Of a stretch of 64,000 bases of DNA, positions 58,635 to 64,000 are shown piece by piece. Under the pieces are notes generated by a model that saw only the letters and a program-made list of their open reading frames with translations, was not told the DNA's origin and made no database searches. Origin of the DNA: a virus (Duplodnaviria; Caudoviricetes); IMG/VR virus record IMGVR_UViG_3300043077_000173, positions 32,001-96,000 of that record. One strand, given 5' to 3'. The translations under genes and the position numbers were made by a program. Position 1 is the first letter of the stretch; each line of letters begins with the position of its first letter.

Positions 58635-61613
58635 ATGGCAAAAAACACTACTCAAATTAGTTTGATCAAACATCGTAGAGGGAAATTATCTGAATTACCA
58701 ACACAATTAAATGAAGGTGAATTTGGTCTAGCTCTAGATACCAACCAATTGTTTATCGGTAACCCTGAAAATGATGAACTCTCACAAAGAATTGAGGAAA
58801 ATATCTTCCCTTATGGTAACATAGAGGTTTTAACAGAGTTCACAGACAACCTCAACAAAATCAAATACACATACAAGTCAAACACAGATGTTACCGCCAG
58901 ACTACCTATTGTTATATATGGTAGTAATGCTAACCCAATTTTGCCAGCAAACAGTTCAATCATCTTAAACTCCGATGAAATTTATTTTAAGAACAACTCT
59001 AGCTTACAAACTATTGTTGAAACAATTAATGAAGAATCTACCGAAGTTAAAGCGTTTATTTATGACAATGCTTTTGTAGGCTTGATCTCAAATAGTACCG
59101 AAATTTTTATTGAAGATGGTACAGTTGGTACTACAAGTAACGTTTCATTATTAGGCTTTGGGGAAGATAGCTTTTATTCTCAAACTTCCGAAACATTACC
59201 TCAAAGAACTTTACAATCAACCTTAGATGATTATTGTTCAATCAAATCATTCGGCGTAAAAGGTAATGGAACTACAGATGATTCCGAAGCAATCTTTAAT
59301 GCAATCATTTCTATAAACAAAGCTGGAGAAGAACCACAATTTTATAGAACCATTTACATTCCAGCTGGTATATATAATATTTCTACAAAGCCCGTCCCAT
59401 TACCAACCGGTACACATTTAAAAGGTGATGGTATAGGAAGAACCGTTATTAAAAACAAAGATTTATCCGAATGTTTAGTAATGGTTATGGATGATAATTA
59501 CAACGTTGCTAATGCTACATCCTTTGGAAAAGATTCTAAAATCATTTCTAATATAATCGTTGAAGATCTAACGTTTGACGGCTCGGAAAATGATTCACAA
59601 ATCTTGTCATTAGGATCTGTTGAAAACGTTTTATTCAAAAATGTCGAGTTCATAGGTACTGATTTAACAACCCTTATCAATATTTCAAATAGCACATATA
59701 ACAACAGTTCTCTACATATCGTTTTTGAAAACTGTGTATTCGATAACTGCTATCACGCTTTAACATCATCAACAAACGTTGAACACCTTGTTATTTCACA
59801 CTGTTTATTCAAAGATTGTAACCACGAAGCTATCATTTTCAACAAATCAACAAATAAAATCATCAATTCAATCATTGACGGAAACGATTTTGTAAATTGT
59901 GGTACAGGAAGCTATTTAATCATATCATTGTCTGAAAACTGTGAATATGTATCTGTTATCAATAACAAATTTGAAGATAATGTCGCTAATAAAATATCTC
60001 CGATAGAAGCTTATTCATCAACATCTGACAAAACATTTACTGACATTCTTGATGCCACAACAGATACCAAAAAGCTTTTACAGTTCAAGTTTACCCAACC
60101 CGTTTGGGAATATATTGACTATTTAATGAATCCAAATGGTCAGTATATATTAAAATCAGAATATGGTACAACCATTATAAATGGTGAAGAAAAAGCATCA
60201 GATTTAACAAACGGTTTAATCCTAACACAAGGTGATGCAACAAATGGAAATACCGTTTCTCTAAAATCTTCTTTAGATTATGGTGATATATCAATTAGTG
60301 GTAATGCATATGGATCTGTTCATTTAGGATCGGCCAATGAAACATCTCTTGAAGAATATAACGAATATTATAACTATCACGAAGATGATATCATTATTTC
60401 ATATGATTCTGTAAATCCTGGTATATATCGTTGTATCAGTCCTTGTACTGGTATTGGTATCACAAATGAGGACTATTGGGAATATGTAGGTTCATTTGAT
60501 CCTTCCATAATTCTTCATCATCAATTAGATGTCAATGAAAACGTTATCACAAACACAGGTACTTCCGGAGATATTGAATTTAAGATCGATGGTTCTGGTA
60601 TTATGAAGGTTACAACCGAGTCTGATGGTGATACAGATGGAGCAACAGTTTATGCAAATAATATCGCTTCAACAACAAATGCTATTGCAACGGTAGCATA
60701 TGTTAATAAAGCAGCTTCATCGACAATTATAAATGAGTTCAATTACAACACTTTGATTGCAGATCCAGTCAACAAGTTCGATCTAATCACTTTTGACCCA
60801 AATATCTATGGAGATGTCGTTAATATTGATAAAATCTCTATCAATGTTCGTGTTCCTTTCTATCCTATTCAAGATCGTATTGCAGATGCTCAAACTTGGC
60901 AGCCATACAGCAAATACTATAAAGGCGATATCGTTTACTCTGCTGATGAAGGCATTTATATGATATGCTTAGACGATCATATTTCTGGGGAAACAACTGA
61001 TAATGGCGATAATGCTGACAACTATTGGGACGAGGTTAAAGTATCAGGTACTTGTTTAGATGGTTCTACAACCAATTTCAACGATGTCAAATACATCTCA
61101 ATCATTGCCACAAATGATACAGAAAACCCTGCTCGTCTATTGTTTAATAAAAACGAAATTGATATTACAAAGCGTGATATTCACTCAACTTATTATCCAG
61201 ATTGGACTGCTAATAAAGCTTACAAAGTTGACGATAAAGTATCTTATCAAAATCGTTATTGGAAATGCTTGAAAGCTCATACATCATCTGAAGCTACTGA
61301 TTTGCATGATTCCAGCTTATGGACAATCATTTCAGAAGAAGGTTTTAACTACATCTATGATTTTGATAGAGAAATTACACCAATTGATTTCAAAACAGAA
61401 GTTGAACTTGACGGAGAATCTTTAGAAACAACAAAGGTTTATAACTACTCTGGGTATAGACTTTATATGGAAATGTTTGATGAAAACATGAATCTAGTTC
61501 CTATAGCTAAACACGTCGAAGGTCAAGAAGATGATGACATTAGCTATTTTATGCAACTTTGCCCGACAGGTTATATGACAATTAGCATTCACTATATACG
61601 AGGTGAAAAATAA
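58635..61613 (+). CDS. Tail spike / fiber with beta-helix and CBM5/12-like repeats
   Basis: IKHRRG..LP.QL.EGEFG N-terminus; FGVKGNGTTDDSEAI...YIPAGIY pectate-lyase-like start; WTANKAYKVDDKVSY..RYWKCLKAHTS. Confidence 0.75.
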   Translation: MAKNTTQISLIKHRRGKLSELPTQLNEGEFGLALDTNQLFIGNPENDELSQRIEENIFPYGNIEVLTEFTDNLNKIKYTYKSNTDVTARLPIVIYGSNANPILPANSSIILNSDEIYFKNNSSLQTIVETINEESTEVKAFIYDNAFVGLISNSTEIFIEDGTVGTTSNVSLLGFGEDSFYSQTSETLPQRTLQSTLDDYCSIKSFGVKGNGTTDDSEAIFNAIISINKAGEEPQFYRTIYIPAGIYNISTKPVPLPTGTHLKGDGIGRTVIKNKDLSECLVMVMDDNYNVANATSFGKDSKIISNIIVEDLTFDGSENDSQILSLGSVENVLFKNVEFIGTDLTTLINISNSTYNNSSLHIVFENCVFDNCYHALTSSTNVEHLVISHCLFKDCNHEAIIFNKSTNKIINSIIDGNDFVNCGTGSYLIISLSENCEYVSVINNKFEDNVANKISPIEAYSSTSDKTFTDILDATTDTKKLLQFKFTQPVWEYIDYLMNPNGQYILKSEYGTTIINGEEKASDLTNGLILTQGDATNGNTVSLKSSLDYGDISISGNAYGSVHLGSANETSLEEYNEYYNYHEDDIIISYDSVNPGIYRCISPCTGIGITNEDYWEYVGSFDPSIILHHQLDVNENVITNTGTSGDIEFKIDGSGIMKVTTESDGDTDGATVYANNIASTTNAIATVAYVNKAASSTIINEFNYNTLIADPVNKFDLITFDPNIYGDVVNIDKISINVRVPFYPIQDRIADAQTWQPYSKYYKGDIVYSADEGIYMICLDDHISGETTDNGDNADNYWDEVKVSGTCLDGSTTNFNDVKYISIIATNDTENPARLLFNKNEIDITKRDIHSTYYPDWTANKAYKVDDKVSYQNRYWKCLKAHTSSEATDLHDSSLWTIISEEGFNYIYDFDREITPIDFKTEVELDGESLETTKVYNYSGYRLYMEMFDENMNLVPIAKHVEGQEDDDISYFMQLCPTGYMTISIHYIRGEK

Positions 61614-61614
61614 T

Positions 61615-61635
61615 AAAAGGGCTTTAAGCCCTTTT
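61615..61635. terminator. Bidirectional terminator overlapping the nuclease stop codon
   Basis: AAAAGGGCTT-T-AAGCCCTTTT. Confidence 0.7.
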
Positions 61636-62934
61636 ATTTAACCATTCATTAAATTCATCAAGAGAAAAGAATTCCACCCATATATATTGTGGATGTTCTT
61701 TAGCCCATTTTCGTTTATTAGGATCTTTTATAGTCCACGACATAATAGCTCTCTCGAAATATCCACTATTTTTATTCTTCATAATTTCAACTATTTTTCT
61801 ATGTGTTTCATTTAAATCATCATATGGACAATGTGCTGAATAAACTATCCCATTTTCAGTAATGTATGTTGGACCATGTACCCACGAGCCTTGATATTCA
61901 ATAATCGTATTAGTCTCTGGTATATAAATATCAGCAATTCCCGGATAACTATCTTCTCTCCACTGGCTAATAGCTGACGGATAAATTATCTTCACTTTTT
62001 CCAATAATTCATTTTCTTCTACCGATAGATGGTTTTCACGGTTCTTGATTTTATTGGATAGCGTTTTTACAGCTTTTTCTTGATATTCTTCACGATGCTC
62101 GTCAAACTGTTGACTAGATACAAACCACTCACTTCCGTATTTCTCTAAATTTGTTTGTTTTGTTTTTTGCTTATATTCATCTGTCATTGGAAAATATTCA
62201 GCACCATATTTTTCAATCATCGTTTTCTTTGATTGCTCTCTAAAATCATCTTTATTAAATATACAAGCTACACCATATCTTTCTTGATTAGTTGTTTCTA
62301 TCTTCTCTCTAATCTCTTTCGCTGTAGCAAAATGATTTACACCGTATATTTTTTGGCTTGTTTCTTTAATTTGCTCTTTGTATTTGTCGCATTTTGAATA
62401 ATGATCTACGCCATATCTATCTTCCAGTGTTTTCTTGGATTTTTCTTTAATCATTTCATTTTGAAATACGTTATCAACACCATATTTCTCTCTTACAGTC
62501 TTTCTTTGTTTTTCTTGAACTTCTTTATTTTGAAAGGATGACTTGTAACCATATCGCTTTATATTTGTTTCAGAAACTTTCTTTTTTACTTCTTCTAAAG
62601 AAGATGTATAAGGTACACCATATAGCTTAATATTTGTTTTTTGAGTATTTAATAAAGCTAACTTTTTATCTTTTTTAATGTTATATTTTTCTAAACAGTG
62701 AACAATAACGGCATCACTAACCTTAAATAACTTACATAATTCAGCCCTTCTAAGATTTATTTCAAGGTATAAATGCCTAAAATCTTCTTCATAAGGTAAT
62801 TCAAATTTCAATTGATTACGAATCGGTTCACGAATACATTTTTGTAAAGGATCTATAATATAATCACGTTTATATTTAAAATCATCAGTAATACCAAATT
62901 TATCACGCAAATATGTATAAATATTGTCAGACAT
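61624..62934 (-). CDS. KRDY-family PD-(D/E)xK homing endonuclease
   Basis: KRDYIIDPL..PYEEDF, about 8 YG(V) repeats, ADIYIPETNTIIEYQGSWVHG, KDPNKR. Confidence 0.75.
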   Translation of the reverse strand: MSDNIYTYLRDKFGITDDFKYKRDYIIDPLQKCIREPIRNQLKFELPYEEDFRHLYLEINLRRAELCKLFKVSDAVIVHCLEKYNIKKDKKLALLNTQKTNIKLYGVPYTSSLEEVKKKVSETNIKRYGYKSSFQNKEVQEKQRKTVREKYGVDNVFQNEMIKEKSKKTLEDRYGVDHYSKCDKYKEQIKETSQKIYGVNHFATAKEIREKIETTNQERYGVACIFNKDDFREQSKKTMIEKYGAEYFPMTDEYKQKTKQTNLEKYGSEWFVSSQQFDEHREEYQEKAVKTLSNKIKNRENHLSVEENELLEKVKIIYPSAISQWREDSYPGIADIYIPETNTIIEYQGSWVHGPTYITENGIVYSAHCPYDDLNETHRKIVEIMKNKNSGYFERAIMSWTIKDPNKRKWAKEHPQYIWVEFFSLDEFNEWLNKRA

Positions 62935-62980
62935 ATAAACCCTTTATTTTTAGGATTATTTATACAACAGGATTTTTAAA

Positions 62981-63283
62981 ATGAAGTTATCACTCTTTTT
63001 AAATGAACAATTAGTTCAATCGTCTTGGATCGAAGATATATCATTTAAGGGCCGTCACAATATGTTGTTTCCGGGTGAATCTTTCATAACCTTTAAAGTA
63101 AAAGGTAATCCTAAAACCTATATCTGTAGAGGTGTTACAAGAAAAGATTTCTTAGATTGGATTAACAGTCCTTCTAAAGGAAGATATTGGCATCAAATCT
63201 TTAAGCACATCATTAATAGGGATTGGTATTTAACAAATCCTTTCAGAATCGTTAACTACGGTAAGATTAAGCCCAACAAATAA
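62981..63283 (+). CDS. KTSC-domain protein with an N-terminal LNE propeptide-like leader
   Basis: VQSSWIEDI...Y...GV....F......SKGRY pattern. Confidence 0.65.
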   Translation: MKLSLFLNEQLVQSSWIEDISFKGRHNMLFPGESFITFKVKGNPKTYICRGVTRKDFLDWINSPSKGRYWHQIFKHIINRDWYLTNPFRIVNYGKIKPNK

Positions 63284-63291
63284 ATGATCAA

Positions 63292-63484
63292 TAAATACTT
63301 CCAGTAAAAACGAAACGACAAGACTAAGAGGATTATCTTGCCGTTTCTAAACATCAAAAAACATAAAGACCAGGAGTTTAAAGGTCTGAAAATAAGGAAT
63401 TTTAAGATGTCTGATTTTATTTATTCAACTACTGTTCAAAATAGCTTAAAAATAAAAAAGCACCATGGAAGTGAAAGGAATTAA
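63292..63484 (+). pseudogene. Vestigial nuclease cassette: late promoter, leader hairpin, RBS and 25-codon remnant
   Basis: TAAATA at 63292, hairpin+TAAAC at 63312-63352, AAGGA, ATG at 63407 MSDFIYST... Confidence 0.45.
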
Positions 63485-63548
63485 GCTTCCATGATGTTAC
63501 AAGATATATATATTACGGATAATGATGAAAGTCAAATAAAAAATATTC

Positions 63549-63577
63549 TTGACAACAATATTATTATGCATTATAGT
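63549..63577 (+). promoter_or_regulatory. Sigma70-type promoter
   Basis: TTGACA-N17-TATAGT. Confidence 0.65.
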
Positions 63578-63601
63578 AAGACACGTTTGTTGGAAGATTT
63601 A

Positions 63602-64000
63602 ATGTTAAACTATATTGCTGATACATATTTTAATGAAATAAAGGATTACAATAAAGATATTGTATCTTTTAAGCAATCTTTTTTCCAAAACGTTGATATA
63701 AACGATTTAAAGAATTTACTCCATATTTTATCTTACAATATTCAATTCAATTCAACAAACTATCGTTGGGGTAAACGTTTTTTCAGTAAAGATCAGAGAA
63801 GATTAACTTGGATGTCAGATACCAACAAACAAATCCAAGCCAAATTCTGGTCTCATGAAAATCATCAAATGGAAAACTATTGGAAAAACATCAAATTCAC
63901 AGATGATATGATTAGTGATCACTTTCTATCTTGCTATAAATGCAATAGAAAGGTTAGTTTTTATTACAAGCTTTCAGAAACGGCAAAAGCTGAATTAAAG
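63602..64000 (+). CDS. Hypothetical protein (partial, runs off the window)
   Basis: ATG at 63602 and an open frame to the window end (MLNYIADTYF...). Confidence 0.7.
   Translation, partial: MLNYIADTYFNEIKDYNKDIVSFKQSFFQNVDINDLKNLLHILSYNIQFNSTNYRWGKRFFSKDQRRLTWMSDTNKQIQAKFWSHENHQMENYWKNIKFTDDMISDHFLSCYKCNRKVSFYYKLSETAKAELK

Noticed and set aside
1-64000. Alternative genetic code (TAG or TGA reassignment)
   Set aside because: Coding density is high under code 11, and TAG and TGA end genes at sensible positions (e.g. 17376, 30750, 41324, 32572); only one internal stop was found and it is TAA.
1-64000. tRNA, rRNA or suppressor tRNA genes
   Set aside because: Intergenic gaps are short and none showed a cloverleaf or T-loop signature by eye; tRNAscan-SE would be needed to exclude them fully.

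Overview
AT-rich (roughly 30% GC by eye) segment of a large myophage with a distant T4-like core, read in the standard genetic code. It carries a head module (portal, prohead protease, scaffold, major capsid), neck and tail-terminator proteins, tube, a 1029-aa sheath, tape measure, baseplate and tail-spike genes, a gp55-like late sigma factor, PolB, a probable clamp, an RNase H-like flap nuclease, and host-type genes (greA, clpP, glyA, a deaminase, a DNA methyltransferase, a radical SAM protein). The striking theme is a fractured and shuffled core. (i) The terminase nuclease half is a separate gene that begins with a 104-aa C-intein of an atypically split intein; its N-half is not in the window. 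(ii) PolB is split in two by an HNH gene and also carries a 200-aa mini-intein. (iii) A giant baseplate protein appears to be encoded as two genes about 23 kb apart. (iv) T4-order neighbours are scattered in both orientations, most with their own TAAATA late promoter. (v) Six paralogous 'KRDY' genes, five with a PD-(D/E)xK nuclease domain, sit at the 3' ends of the main virion genes; two of them and one vestigial cassette share a 5' hairpin-TAAAC leader. Also seen: a likely -1 frameshift (gp26/gp51-like), one in-frame TAA in the baseplate wedge gene, a modular head polyprotein with exact 19-bp direct repeats, and a candidate anti-Shine-Dalgarno small RNA. All homology calls come from motif recognition, not database searches.
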